From: Glaucostegus cemiculus
Lineage: Eukaryota
Length of the DNA: 64,000 bases
NCBI GenBank assembly: GCA_976551045.1
Contig: CDPCPM010000125.1
Span: forward strand, 1,550,001 to 1,614,000
Direction: 5' to 3'
Part shown: positions 28,501-43,500 of the stretch, one piece after another
Position numbering within the stretch: position 1 is the first letter of the stretch
How the letters are laid out: every line of letters starts with the position of its first letter
Notes under the pieces: model-generated
What the model saw: only the letters and a program-made list of their open reading frames with translations
What the model was told of the DNA's origin: nothing
Databases searched by the model: none
Position numbers and translations under genes: made by a program

Positions 28501-31500
28501 GCGAGTGCATACCGGGAGAGGAAGATGTGTCAGATGAATGTGTGACCAAAGGGACGATATGGGCAGGTGAGTTTAATATTTATGTATGATCGGGACTGTT
28601 CATGGGCAAGGTGATTCCAGTGCAAGTATTAAATAAAGGTTCAAGTGATTTCCCGGCTCTTAGACCATGAATAAATGACTTCATAGACTTCAGTGATAAA
28701 TTTCGGAATGTTTATCTCGTTTAATGACCATTTTCTCAAGAAACCCCGTCACTTCCAGTGAGCTTTTCACCCTTATCTGCACGTCCCTCTGCTCCTGACC
28801 CCCTATTAGAACAATATCATTTATTCTGTGTTGCTTGTTCCCATATTTCATTTCAAAATTCACCTTAAATTTTATAGGCCACAGGTCTGACTATTCTCTC
28901 AGACTAGTCTTGACGTTATTTATTACTATGGTGTTCGCACAAATATTATTTCCTAGAATACGTCATTATTCTCCTTCCTCTGGTCCACAAATGAACTACT
29001 CACCGCAACCCTATGTGACATGTTACTTAACCAATTTAATGTCCATGCTATCAGTGTCCATTTATGCCACATGCTTTAAATATGCTGATGGCCCTCATCT
29101 GTTGTACCGTATCAAAACACTTTAGCTGAACTAATCTTATCAAATCTATCCACCTTATCAACAAATACGACCAAGTGCATTGAATACGATTTACCCTTAA
29201 CGTTCATGATGACCTGCCGTAATAAACCCATTTTCCTCCAGATTATCATAAATTGCATCCTATATTAATATTTCTAAAATTTTTCTAACCACTGAGTACA
29301 GACTGACTAGCTTGTAGTTCTGGGCCTTTTCTTATCCTTTTTATTTAAAAATGGGTAGCGCCCCTTTTATTCCCGTACATCATTCAAAATTCTAGAATAC
29401 ATCCCATCCAGTCCTAGCGAATTACTTATTTTAAACTCAGATGACTAATACGTCTATGTTGTCAAATGTTAGCCCAGGTACTGCCACAACGATTTCTTCT
29501 TTCACTCTATCTTTGGAATCAACCTCTTGCCCGCTGAAGAGAGGTGCGCAGCGTACTTAATGCTCATATGGTAAGTATCTTTAGCATTATTTTCTTCAAA
29601 TTGAGAGGTGGTGCGAGGTGAAAGCAGAATCCGTACATTTTTAGGACAGAATTCGACAGATATTTGGAATGTAAATTTCAGGTTACAATCAGTTCAGTTA
29701 TTGTTTTGCAAATTGTCCTATTACAAGTTTGAGAGCTGAGTGCTCTATTCCTCTCCGTAAGGCATGTGTTTGATAATTCGCATGCAAATTGCCATCACTT
29801 CCTTAATACGAGATTCTATCAATTTCTTTTGTACTGATGTTCGGCTGATTTTTACATCATTGTTTTTCTTCCCTCTCCCCTGAAAGGTAACGTGTTTGCA
29901 GAAAATCTATAATGTATCGCGTTATTTCCAGAAGAAGTAATGTGTTCAACTTCCTTTCTCTCTTCTTGTCTGTGTTTTCTTTTTCCTACCTTTTAATATG
30001 AATAGCTTTATCAATAATGGATCATTTTGTTTCAGAAAGCAGTTTGAAAGCAAAGACTAAAGGTAGGGAAGGGCGTTCAAATTTTTGTTGGTGACAGCAC
30101 AGCGTGAGCGTGAATTCAATCTAACCGTAACAGCTGAATGGCTGACTATAACCACTCCCGGTTTAAGCAACTGCTCATATCATTTCGCAAATAACTCAAT
30201 CAACATATGCTTGAATTCCATTCTCTATCATGTGTCTATTTTGTACCTACTTCAGTGCAGTTTTGCTAATTGCTTCCACTTTTCATTCTGAATGCGAATT
30301 CAACATTTTAAAGCGTTTTGGCTAAAGTAGCTGTTGAATGTTCCAATTGTAATATCATATTGTTGCCCATCCGTTATGCCCTACCTTGTGTAAGCCTTCT
30401 CTCAGTTTATAAACCAACAACGTAGTACATGAATTTATTTTTATCCTATGCACGTTTGTTTCAAAAACAAACTCCGTCTCTTCCTCGTTAATTATGTCCC
30501 TGAAATAACAACCAACACGCTATTTATCCAGAGAAGTGGTTATGCTATGCACATGTTAATGTTAAGAACTTCGTGTATCAATGAAGTCTTGATCATTTTT
30601 CATGTCTCATTATTTTTTACGATTTTTATTTTCATTTTCGCTGGCTGTGGATGTCTTTACGTTTTCGTATGATATGTGTCATTTGTTGTGCTCTCAGCCT
30701 TTCAATTAAACTGTGTATGCCCGCTTGAATTCACTTCACATCTCCTTGAAACCCATATTGCCACTCCGCTTCATATCGTCAGCATATTGGATATAATCCA
30801 TCCGGCGATCTTATCCAGTATATTCATTAAAAAATATATGAGAAAGTGGAGTCACAAAACTGATCCCTGAGCACCCCAATGATTACGGCCTTCAAAACCT
30901 AAAATGGCACATTTAAGCTTATTCCCTTTCCTCTTTGTCAACTGATATCAACTCACACCAATATGTTCAGCCTAATATCATATTATGTGCAATAATGTGC
31001 GATAATGTGCAATTATGTGCGATAAACTTTGGTGTCTTCTGTACTCTACATGAATTCCCTACTGATTAAAGTGTTGCAGTCATTTTGCTCTTCCTCCCAG
31101 CAGTCTTTACTCTCCAGCACACAGGTTTCAGGAATTGAGCGCACATCCGTCAAATCGGCAGGCTAGGCTTGCTGTACCTTTGTCCAAGGACTGCCCAGAA
31201 GAGAGTATTGCTGCTGCATCACATTTCTAAAGATTCGAGTTTGCTTTTCTCCCCGGAGACTGACTAAGTGGAGATTAAATCTCGCCCTGTGACCTAGTGG
31301 GTTTCCCTGGGTGATTCGCCCACGGTGTATTTCCCAGATAGCAGCAGGTCTGTTAATTCGCTGCTGCAGGGGGAATTCATCTTATAGTGTCTGCGATTGC
31401 CAGGCCAATCGGGGGTATTTCTGGGCACGTGAAAGAGAATAAGTTAATTCACTGAGGTTACCAGACTGATAGAATTCTTTTAGAACGACGTGATTTCAAT

Positions 31501-34500
31501 GGGCCGAATGACCCCATTTATGTCACAAAAAATTAATCTCCTTTTCATCTGATGTAACAGTGCTAAACCTAGCAGATAACTCATTGTTACCTCTCTAATT
31601 GCTGCATCTTTGTTCTAATCCATCTCAGTCGCTGATCCGTACCTTTTTTTAAAATACATCCCGGTCGTTCAAGAATGAGAGGGGCTGGCAGTAAAAAAAA
31701 ATGCAGGCTATACAGACTGGATATGGGACGCATGCTTCCCTTCGTTTACGTCTCAGGATATTGGTTAAGAGGTTCAGGGTGGAAATAAGGAGGAATTTCT
31801 TCACAGTGGTGAACCTGTCTAATTGTTGCTGGCAGAAAACGATGGAAGCTAAGTAGCGGAGTGCAGTTAAGAAGGGATGCAGATGTCCTGACACAAAATC
31901 CGTGAGTTGAACTCAGGAGAGAATGCGAATATTATAAACGGTAAATTAGTTTATTATTGCTTATTCCCATAAAGATTTACCAAGGGTTTTTATCAGAAAC
32001 TTCACAGAGACTTGGTAGAAAGCCGTTTTGAGATATAGAGCTTGGAAGCTTTAACTGCAAAATGAACAAGTTAGGTCTGGTTCTAACCTAGATTTGGGGG
32101 GACAATTATGAGTTTATAATGTGAACCATCCTTCCTAGAAACTGTCCAACGTCCTGCTCGAAGGCTGGACGAGAGTTACATAGTTCACATTTGACGGGAA
32201 ATAATATGGAATATAATACACCATAGAATTAATTTTCATATTTAATATGTACTTGTGGGTATTTCTGATTTGATATGATCGTTTTCTTCCTTTCAGAATT
32301 AAACAATCTCAACAAGGATTACACGGATATAGGTGTGGACAATAACTCTGTAAATATAGAATGAAATAAAACATATGTTACAACCAATTCTAACACGTAA
32401 ATGATCTTTACTCGATTTAAATATAAAGAAATCCTATTATTCATATATTGCATAAGATTACAATTCAATCTGTTTGTTCACTGAGACTACGCCACTTGTT
32501 TTGGCACTGTTGGAAAGAAGGTCCGATTGAGATAATAAGGAGTTTAGTAAGACTATCACTGGAAATTATTCAATGGTGGTGTGCTAAACAACCAGTACTC
32601 TATTTGTAGTCTGCTTGATTTTCTATTATATTGAATACTGAGATAATTGTTGGAGCGATACACAATTAAATCTCTGGTCTCAAATGGACTCCATTATACA
32701 GTATTTTAAAAGTGGATGGTGAGATCGATCGTCTATCAGTGTTGACATTCCAAAAATTGCCAGGATCAAGGGAAGATTCCGTTCTGTTTGGAAGTACCAC
32801 ATGTAGCCTACTTCATCTCAGGGGTTGGGTGGGGAAACAAGCGCAAGGAATTACAAACTGGTTAGCTGAACGCCCGATACAGCAACAATGTTACAATCTG
32901 TTGTTGAAGGTGGTACGGTGGGTAGAAGAAATGCAAGTTAATAGGGCACTATCGGCAAGGTTATCGGTTAATTTACTTTTCTTTCAACAAGTAACGTGCT
33001 GTGAACAAAGAAGGATCGATAAATTCACAGAAGACAGTTAGTATTAAAGTTTATCATAGAAAATAAAAGCCAATGCTTGATAACCAACAGGTGCAAGTTA
33101 ACTTTGTTTGCTCGGAGCGTGGAGTGGAGTTAAAGTTGCAATCAGATCAGCCACGACTTTATTCAATGGCAGAGTAGGGTCAGAGAGAGGAGGGAGCAGT
33201 TTTCAAGTTTAATACTGGCTTATAATGTCAGTAAAGTACACTGTGGAAATTGGATGATTAAGTGAAAATTAATGGCTGTGTCTTTTACCCCCAATTTAAT
33301 ATGGTCCGTCATACAGAAATAGAATAAGGATTATATCAATAAACGTCAATTACCGATTGAACAGATTTTAGTCACCTCAAATCGCTCGTAAATTTTAGTG
33401 GAATTTTTTGTTTTTGATGCAAAAATCTGTCAACAGGTGAAAGGTAAATGTAAATGCAATGTTTTGCTGCAGTAATTGACCAAGAATGATCGGTGCCCTA
33501 TTTTACTTATAGATGATAAGCTAAGAACCAAAGAAAAAGGTAGATAAAACTATCCTTGCCTCTATTGTTTTTTTAAATAGAAAGAAATAACCCCAATATA
33601 TTTAGTGATCAAATTTTTAACTAAAGAACAAGTTTTTTTCTGATATTTGTTTATTCTTATTCCATTAAATGACAGCTGAAACTACCACAGGACAATTTTT
33701 TTGATAAATCTTGGTCAATGAATCTCAGTGAAGTAACATATAATGAATCGTACTACACTTTTCTGACACCGCTGTGAGTTTTCCCTATTTTCTTATTCAA
33801 GTATTCCAAGTATTTTTTTATTACAGTTTAATCCCACACTATTGCTCTTCACGGCTTCAGTTGGTTGAAAAATATTATCTGTGTGCTTTAATATCAGATT
33901 CTCCTGTCGTCCTGTCACAGAAAGCAGTTGCTCCTTGTTTCTTTTTTCCATTCCCTTCTTAACTTTGATTTCTCAAATTACATCTCCACTTGCTTTCTGC
34001 TTTGAGGTGCATAATTCCAACTTCTCATATTACAACCATAACCATTCCTCATAGATATTTCTTCTTCGTCCGCCTTTTTTCTATTCTTGCCAATTGTCCA
34101 TCGTGGGGATTCTATGACACCATTTGGGAATGGCAAGCTATCCGTGTATATCTGTGCAGCTTCAAAAAATAACCTGAGAGCCAGCACACCTATTCAGGGT
34201 TAATTGTTAATGGTATTAATGGATGTCATTATGTATCAATGGTTTTTGTCATAATGATAAAATCGGCGCTGAAGGAATGGGCCATGTTGCTCACTCCATG
34301 GTTTTCCACGTACTGTGCGATTGTGAATTAACTAATTATCAATTGTGAGTCCCACTCCCAATATAGAATCAACTCCGCCCCATCTACTTTGGTTGGATTG
34401 GTGGTCAATTGCTGTATGCTCTCGTAGCTAGAAGTAAAACAAACAAACCATTGTTACTGCTTGTAATAAAAGGAAACAAGGAAGGTCCACCTTAACCTGA

Positions 34501-37500
34501 CGCTTAATTTAGGACGAAAGACCAAGGGGGCAATTTTGGAAAGAACAACAAATTTTTCCCGAGTATGGCTTAAAAGTGAAATAAACTATGGATTGGGTGA
34601 AAATAAATATAAAGTAGCTCTTGAATCTAATTGGATCAGCATATTAAGAGAAAACTGTAGGATTACGGGGTAAGATCCACTAATTAGATTTTTCATAGAA
34701 AATGTATTACTGGACCAGTTTGCAATTATTTTATTTTTACACTGATATAGAAATAATAATCTAATGAAACTTCCTGACGCATTTCTTATAGAAACTGGTA
34801 AACTGGAATTGAAACTGTCCTGCAAGGAAATCTCAGAAGAGCTTGGTCAAAAAGTCAATTTTCAGAATTCACTTCATGAATAGAGATGAGGAAAGTAATA
34901 TATTGCTCTACAGATCGTCCACCTTGCATTAAGCAAACTTTAATTATAATTTATGCATTCTTTGGTAACGAAAATCTATTCCAACAATGGACCACGGTGA
35001 TGTGTACTACTCCTAAAGTTCAGAATTGCTGTATCAATCCGATCTGTGAGATTTCAGCTGCCAAGCCAACCGGAAATGTTAGGAGAGCTGCACTTTTGCA
35101 GATCACATACAAGGAATATTAAAACGTCGATTTGTCATCAACTGTCACTGGTCTACAAAATCCCCTACAGTATGACGAAGAGTTCATCTCAAGTGCGCCA
35201 TCCAGAGTCTCTCCCTCAATGAACATCATTGAAACAAGTTATGTTGTCCCTACCTGTTAGTGCTGGTACTGCAGCTCGTACGTTGTAATTTATCAGAAGT
35301 AATAAGCTAAAACGTAGAACATATAGATTAAGAGCAGGAACAAGCCACTTCGCTCTCCAGTCCCGCTCATTGGGAGCCGAAATCTCACATTTCGGGTTGA
35401 TTCAGACGTTCTGAACTTTAGGAACGGTGGACAGCGCCGTGGTCAATTTTTGGAATTGTTCTGCTAGTAAGGAATGCATAAATTATAACTAAATTCAACA
35501 CAATCATGGCTCATCATACATTTGAGTTCTGTATTTTCACGTGCTCTGTGTGTCATGTGATGTCTTTGGCATTAAGAAGTGTCCCTCTTTCCTTCTTGAA
35601 TATAGTTAATAATTTAGTGTCGGTTTCCTTCTGTTGTAGAATTCTATAGCTTCGCCGCCATCTGCAAAACGATATTTCTCCTGGCTTCGTTTCAAAATGA
35701 CACATGCTGTACCTTGATGCTCAGATCCTTGGTTCTAGTCTATGAATCTAGATTTCCTGCATACAGTCTGCCTAGTGCTCGCAGCATTTTGTAGGTTTCT
35801 ATAAGTTCCCTTGTCATTCTGATATGCTTCAGTATAGCCGTTACCGATACAATCGTGCGTCTGTCCTATCATGCAGAGAATCATTTCAGTATTCCGTTAT
35901 TACATTCAGTCCTTGACAAAAAGGCCCTTTGTTGAATAATCAAGCCAAAACTGTACACACATCTCCAGATTTCGTCTCACTAAAGCTTGTCCAGCTGTCG
36001 GAGGACATCCTTGTTCCCGTACATATTTTCATTTGCCTTCCGAACTCCTGGCTGGACCTGAATGCTTGTTTTCAATGACTGGTGCACAAGGACACTCTGG
36101 TCTCGTTGAACCTCCTCTTTTCCCGAACTACAACCTTAAAGAAATTAATCTGCCTTTCTGATTTTCGATCCAAAGTGTTTATTCACAAGAAAGCGATAAT
36201 GCCATGCATTTACCCACTCGCGCAACTTGTCTAACTGGAATGCCATTGCATCATCCTCACACCTCACACTCCCAACCTAATCATTACGTCGTCTTCAAAT
36301 TTGCAGATGCTGAATTTAGTTCCTTCATGTAAGTCACTGACATAGATTGTGAGTGGCTGGGATTCAAGGTTTGATCCTTTGGCACAACGTCAGTCATTAC
36401 CTGTCATCCAGGAAAAAAAGCAATCTATTACCTACCTTGCTTCCTGTCTGATGATTAATTCTCAATCCTTACCAGCATATTATCCCCAATCGCATGTGAC
36501 CTACTGTTTGCCACGAACCTCTCGCGGGGCACTTTATCAAAAAGGATTCTGTAAGATCCAAACTCAAGACACGCGCAATTTCTCTCACATCTATCATACC
36601 TATTGCATCCTAAAATGAACAATCCAGTTGTTTTTTTAAGCATAGTTTCCCTTTCCCAAACCCATACGGAGTTTGCCCAGATTCGTTTGAACCACGCTGA
36701 GATGCTCTCGAGGTATGACAGTATAGACAGTGTGATTCACTTTTACAGCTAGTTATATATACTCCAAAAATCTGGAATCAGCGTCTATTATAAAAGACGT
36801 TCAAAGAACTGCAACTTTCACCCTGAATTACGCCCAACTAATTTTACAAAAACATTCCTGTTTTCGCTGTTTCTTTCTCAGAACTTAACAAACTGAAGAT
36901 CCGATTGGACGATACAGGTGAGAGATAAGGCTGGAAATTTATTTCTCCGAGTAAAGTCCATGGAAAAGAAGATTGAACTAGCCACACAGTGCGCTGCGCA
37001 GTCAAGGTTTCGACTTTTTACGCAGCCATTCAGCGCACAGTTCAGCGATTCGTAGAGCTATCTCCACTAATGTACTGAGGCGTTAGATTCCGGTGCTAGT
37101 TATTTTCGACTTTTTGTTCATTACATCTAAAAGTTTTACGTTGTTTAAATATTTTCGAACTGCATTAGGTGTCTCTGATCAGCAGCCAAAGGTGATCAGG
37201 GCAGTTCTGGAATGAGGATACAAGATGCGCTTTTGGAGGCTGTGTCATTTGCTCACTGAGCACTCCATCTCGCTGACGAGAGCGACAGCCAGGACTTAAG
37301 CTCAGTTGATGAATAGGTCACAAACCTTGCCCCTGCAAGAATACCGCCAGTGTCGTGCACAGGTGGCAGGCTTTATTGAGTACGGACCGGCCTATAAAAA
37401 ATCATTAAACTGAGTCTAAATGAACGTAAAATATGGAACTCTATAATGCATGAGTTCAGTTGTTATAACTCTGCATGTTCATTTAATGAACTTATCATAA

Positions 37501-40500
37501 ACAGATGGACAATGCGTTCAGAATATGAAAGGTAAATTTTCAGAACTTACTATCAAATTAAATCGAAAACGGTTTACCTCTTAATTGCGCTGCATATCCA
37601 GTAACTTTCACTGCCTCCTCAATATTTGAAGGGCATCTCCTTCATCTCCCTCCAGTAAAGTCAAAATGATTGATCAACCGCTTCTTCTTTAGCCCGCTGG
37701 TGTTCCAATAAAAATAAAAAGCTGGTGGGTGGTACCACAAAAAGACGTTTCATTGCCGGCCTGTGATGAAAATAAGGCCTTAAAAAATGGAGTTATATTA
37801 AACCTAAGGATTTTAGATTTTCCAGGATTATTTTATGCACAACCCTAATAGTAATAAAACTTCAAATGATTGCTTGCTGTCAGAAAATTTCCAATCATTT
37901 TTAATAACGAAACGATCAGCGTTTACTACTATGGTGCAGGAACATCTCGGCCATCATCTCGTGAACACACGTGCACAGTAATGCACGAAATTCCAGTACT
38001 TACTGTTGGTGATTGAGTACCATAGCAAAGCAAAGCCCGCCGACAGTAATCTTCCGTAGAACTTCCAGAAAACTGTAACTACCGTAAAAATAAGCTGTTA
38101 TTAATTGCATAAGTAAGATTCTTACTGTGAAGTGAGTCATAATTTCTGCTTCATGTATTGCCTAGTCACATCACAATTGGCATAATTGGTTCTAAAATTC
38201 CCTCACATGAGCATTTCAGATATTGATCTATAGAAAAATTGGAAAGAATATGTTTATTACTTATATTTCACCTTTACTTGTGTTTTATGTCAATCTTTAT
38301 TTCTACGTTTTTTTAATTAGAAACGTCTACTGGCTAGATATATACCTCTGGCAGAGGATCTTTTTGGGGATGGTTGGACAAAAATAACTTAATCTGCAGG
38401 ATATCGCTGCGGTGTTACACGTTCAATGCCGAAGGTCTAATCTTTATCAGATATTTTTAATGATTTTCTTTCCATCTAAATTTTGGTAGTTGGAAGGTCA
38501 GCAGATAATTGAACATTGTTCGCTGCCTGTCGCTGAATGTAGTCAATGTTAATGCGCGGGAGGAAAGATAACGAAAAATGTAGAAACAAGAGCCTGTAGA
38601 TGTTGAAATCTGCAGCAACACACACGTCAATTTCCCGAGATGTATGTTGCCTGACATGCTGAGTTTCTTTAGCGTTCTGTGTGTTGTTGACAAAAAATAT
38701 GCCTGCCGAACAGTTTCCAATAAATGAATAAAAGGTAGTGTTGCTATTTACTGTGGCATGAACATCGCCCTGTATTTTGGCATCAGTATCGTTTCAATCA
38801 ACATTTAGCAGATATGCAACTGGGTCAGCCACGTGAATACACTGGCAGCAAAGGGTAGATATTCTGCGTAATCTCTCATGACTACAAAAAAAAGCCATAA
38901 GACAGAAATCAGAGCCACAAAGAAGAATTCTGCACTTGCCTAAGACAGGGCAGCTCCTAAAAGCATCGTCCATGATGAAGTAGCTTGCGCGTTTATGTTC
39001 CCTTAAATATACAGTTCTTTCACCAAAGGGAGACAAAGAATGTGAGCATGACATCTGCACTGATGTTATTCATTGGGCTGCAAGGGCAGATCTCATAAGT
39101 TCAGGCGCCCTACCACAAGGAAGTACAAGACAACAAGCTGCAAGGTCTTCAATTGTTCCCGTTGCCAGCTAACCTTTCTCCTCTCAAAGGTGAAAGGAAA
39201 TGCACAATAGACTGTTTGATTTCAAAACAATATAAAATGCTGGAAATGTTCCGCTGGTCAGGGCGCAGCTGTGGGAGGAGAAACAGAGTCAACATTTCCA
39301 ATCGATGAGCTTTGGTTGGACGGCCTGTGGTATTACCTCTTTCGGAGAGACAAGAGATTGCAGATGCCAGACTATGAAGCAACAATCTACTGGAGGAATT
39401 CAGTGGGTCGAACAGTATCTGTGAGAGGAAAGGAATTGTCGACGATTCGAGTCGAAAGCCTGCATAAAGATTTAGAGTGGCGAGGGGAGTATAGAGTATA
39501 AAGAGGAAAGGGGGAGTGGTGAGATTTGAGCCCGACATGATTGGTGTACTGCGGGTGAAAGGCAGGTTGTGCAAGGTGTAGAAAGGGAGGGGGTGGTGTT
39601 GGGAGACAGTGGTAGGTGAGTGATAGCTAGAGGCAGACAAAGAGGAAAAAGACACCAATGGAGCAATGTGGGAGTCGAGGTTCGAGACAGTTGCTGGACC
39701 GGGATAACGTTTGAGGGCGTTAACTATATTTCTCTTTCCACAGATGCAGCCTCACCTGCTGAGTACTTCCAGCATTTTCATTTTTTATTTTAAATTTCCA
39801 GCATCAGCAATTCTTTTTTTTATTTTCAATAAAACGTAAGAATCACAAATATTCCTTAAATGAATAAAACATGTTTCAAATAACTTACATTTGGTTCCAA
39901 AGTTCCTTTTTTTGTTTTCCGTATTCTGTTGGAAAATCTACACTTCTTCTGAAACTAGTTTGAGAACATGTGAAATGTCCGCTGCAGTGACGACGCGGAT
40001 TTTATTGGCGGCCCTCAAACATTCCATTGATGTGCGTGATTACTTTGATGCTGTCCACGATATGTATGTCATTATTGTCATTATTCACATCACGATAACT
40101 TTAAACCTCGTTACTTCTACTGATATAGCTATTTATATGTATTTTATTATATTGTTCAAATATGGTTTTAGTGTTATTCCTATTGTTGGTAATATTATCT
40201 GCATGATTCTTATTAATGTCAGATATTATTCCCGTAATTGACGTTGTTATTTCTATTACAACAGTCCTTATTTTGTTATTTGATAATATTGTTTTGTATT
40301 GCTATCACAATAATACTTTTATTACTGTTCTGAGGAATCATTTTCGATATATTTGTCCCGGCAGCTTTTATTTACATCTGTAATCAGGCTTAACATTGAT
40401 GCTTGTTTCTTCGTATTATTTCTTATTGCAGCATTGGAAGAAAAACTTAAAACTTCAGGTGAATACTCAAATGTTTGCACAGCGAAAAAACTATTACGTC

Positions 40501-43500
40501 GCCAAAAGATAAGATTTACTCAATCATTTCACAACCTTATCTTGCTCTAATTAGTTTATAGGGAGCCTAAACGACAACTTCACCAGAGGCTGAATTTGAC
40601 TGCTTCTTAAACACTAATAACTTATCAGAGGTGTCAGCGGGTAAAAAGGAAAATCCTCAGCATGGGTACGGAAATTGACCCGGTAATGAGTCTCTTACCG
40701 TTACTGCACTTCAATTTCTAACGATGTTAACCCATGAAACAAAGAAAGAAATGTGGCAAAGGTGTTTTTCCCTTTTTATATCGTGTCTGATTATAATTTT
40801 ATTGTCGAAACTGAGCGTAATTATTTCCTACTTCCCACATCCTATGCAGAGGAAACACTACTTTCGACCCAAGCAGGTAATGTCGATTCACATAGGTAAT
40901 TCAATACTCCGAACTCTTCTGAAACATCGGCTGAAAGACATTTTTATTGAATCACAGATATTGTTTGTGAACACGAAAGCCATATAATTTGCTTAAGTTC
41001 AGACGAATCTTGATCTATGCATTCCAATGGAATATGATATTCAATGTTACGTCATGGATAACGAAATAACTTTCTTCTCTTATTTCCAATTATTAACTAA
41101 AGGTACTATAGGTCAAGAATAAGGCGATCATTTGAACCACAACGTCTTTTCTGACTCAGTGAAATAAAAACACAATTCGTATCAGGCAAACAAATTATAC
41201 TAAAGGCTGAAAACCCCTCTGTAACAGACGTTTACATTCTCGGTTCCTAAAAAAAAGAGTGGCCACAGAGGTACTGGTTGGAATGATAGTGGCTGTAAAT
41301 GTTTAAAACGTTTAGATTCTCGGGTACAGATGATGGAATGAGAAACTGCCAAAGTGGTAACCTTATTCAAAAAGAGTGTAGATAGAAATGGAGTTTAGTT
41401 GGACAGCCTGACGTCTATCACTGGAAAATCAATCGTTTCGGAAGTATTAGCAGAACACTTGGAAAGAAATAATTTGATCGAGAAGAGCCGTATTGGGTTC
41501 TTGAAGTGGAAATGATGGCTCACAAATTTATTCAAGTTATTTGAAGAAATGCCAACCTGGATGAATAAAAGCGAACCGGTATACTATCAGAAGATGCTCG
41601 GTTTCACAAGATGAAAGCTCATGGTGTGGGACATATTATTTCAGCTTAGATAGAGAATTAGCTAACGAGTAAGAATAAGTAAGGAGGAGCTGGTCTCATA
41701 TGTTTGCAATCCCCATTTGGTGCGGTGTGGTTGGAATCAAATGGGCCGGCAAATTGTTACAAGATATATAAATGATTTGGAGGAAGGAAGTGAGTATACG
41801 AAGCTATATCTGCAGGTGATACAAAAATTAGATGGGAAGGTAAACTGTGAGCAAAATACATGGAATGTATGAGACCTGTTGCTAAGATAAGTGTGTGAGC
41901 AAAAATTTGGCACATGGATTAAAATGGGGGAAATTGTGAAATTGCATCAATGTAAGGAAGAATGACAAAACAGATTATTTAGGTTGAAAAGACTGTAGAA
42001 AGTTGCAGTGCAATTGGCCTTTGGACTCCTCACAGCTGAAACGCAGAAAACTGGCATGGAGCTGCAGCGCGTCATTAATAAGTCTAATGGAATGTCGGGC
42101 TTAAAATCAAGGGAGCTGACGATTATTGCATGTAAGTCATACGAAAAGTGCTGCAGGGCACCAATGAGGCTACATCTAGTAGACTGTGTAATTTGAGGGA
42201 GAAGGTGAAAAGGTGACTTGGAATACCTATAATCCTCCCGAACAGAAGAACAGGCAGGAAGAGCTTCATAAAGTACACATGTTTCTAATTTTTAAGGTCT
42301 TGTCAACTTTTCCACATTGCTTTCTTCTTCTATAAACGATACCTATGTTGGAACGACTAATTCATAATCACGGTCACTTGGCAACAACATTTCTGTAAAT
42401 TCTGTTCTATCGTATTTATCTATGTTTGTGCGGTTAATTGATTACCTGTGATGATTTTTGAGTGCATTCATACATTGAGCCTTCAGCTTTGTCGATGTTC
42501 CGTTTATTCATGCTCTGATTCTAGTTGGAGTGATGCTTCTTATGCAAGGTGCCATTCTGGCGGATTCGTGCCATCAGCATTCGTTTTGCTACTCCGCATT
42601 TTAGTTTTGTCCTTTCTCTTTAACTTTCTGGATTTCTCTTCAGCAGAAAGAGCGTCCCCGTCCCGTTCTTCCATCACCACACTCTCCATTACCCGCCCCA
42701 CCCCACCCCCACACGCGCACACACCGTTATTTAATTCGAAGTGTTCTCCACACCCTCATTTATTTTACTCATCATTACTCTGGAGCCAGCCCGATTCAAG
42801 TGCAGTCCATCAGAAATTGCAATTTAGAAAGTTAAAAATACGCCATCTCGAAAACGTGGACGGGGATCTGATGCTTATAAGGCTACAAGCGACCAGGGTG
42901 TCATTTGACAATGAAGTAGTAAGAGCTCAGGATCAGCGTGCAATGGTGAAACATAGGGCTAACTGGTCTAACGAGCCCGATATAACACAGAATATTGAGG
43001 GTTGGTTAAAAAAAGGTAGCTTGTGGCAGGTTTAAAGAACTAGAAACTGGCGAGGCCCCACAGGAGTATATCATGAGGAAGGTGATACTTTATAAGATGG
43101 TTAACAGAATGAACTTGGTCGGAGAATAACACTGGCGGTCAACTTTAAGGGAAACACAACATATTTTACAAGTATATTAAGGGCAATAGAGTAACAAGGG
43201 AAAAAGTAGATTCCATTGGGGACTAAATAAGCAGTCTGTGCATTCATTGAGGACATAGGCGAGAAAGCAGTAAGTGCTACAAAATCAGATCACAATAGAT
43301 GAATACCAGCCGATTCGGTGGGTTGAGTTAGTTTCAGATTCAGATTATTTTATTTCAAATACACAAGGGTGTAATGAAACCTGTGGTTGTAATGTTGTAG
43401 CCATCGTGTTTCTGCAAGGTCTACTTCCTCCAGTATTATGTCTGAAGGGCAACATCTGCCTCACTCGAAGTCACACCATCTTGTCCCTTTCGTCTGGCCA

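Noticed and set aside
40060-40330. Hydrophobic ORF 39891-40241 resembling TM helices
   Set aside because: Arises from decayed (ATT/GTT)n low-complexity sequence without convincing splice sites.
42448-43035. 195-aa ORF, and similar ORFs at 46780-47412, 56639-57130 and 60858-61295
   Set aside because: No recognisable domain; low-complexity, antisense to LINE remnants, or out of frame with the real exon.
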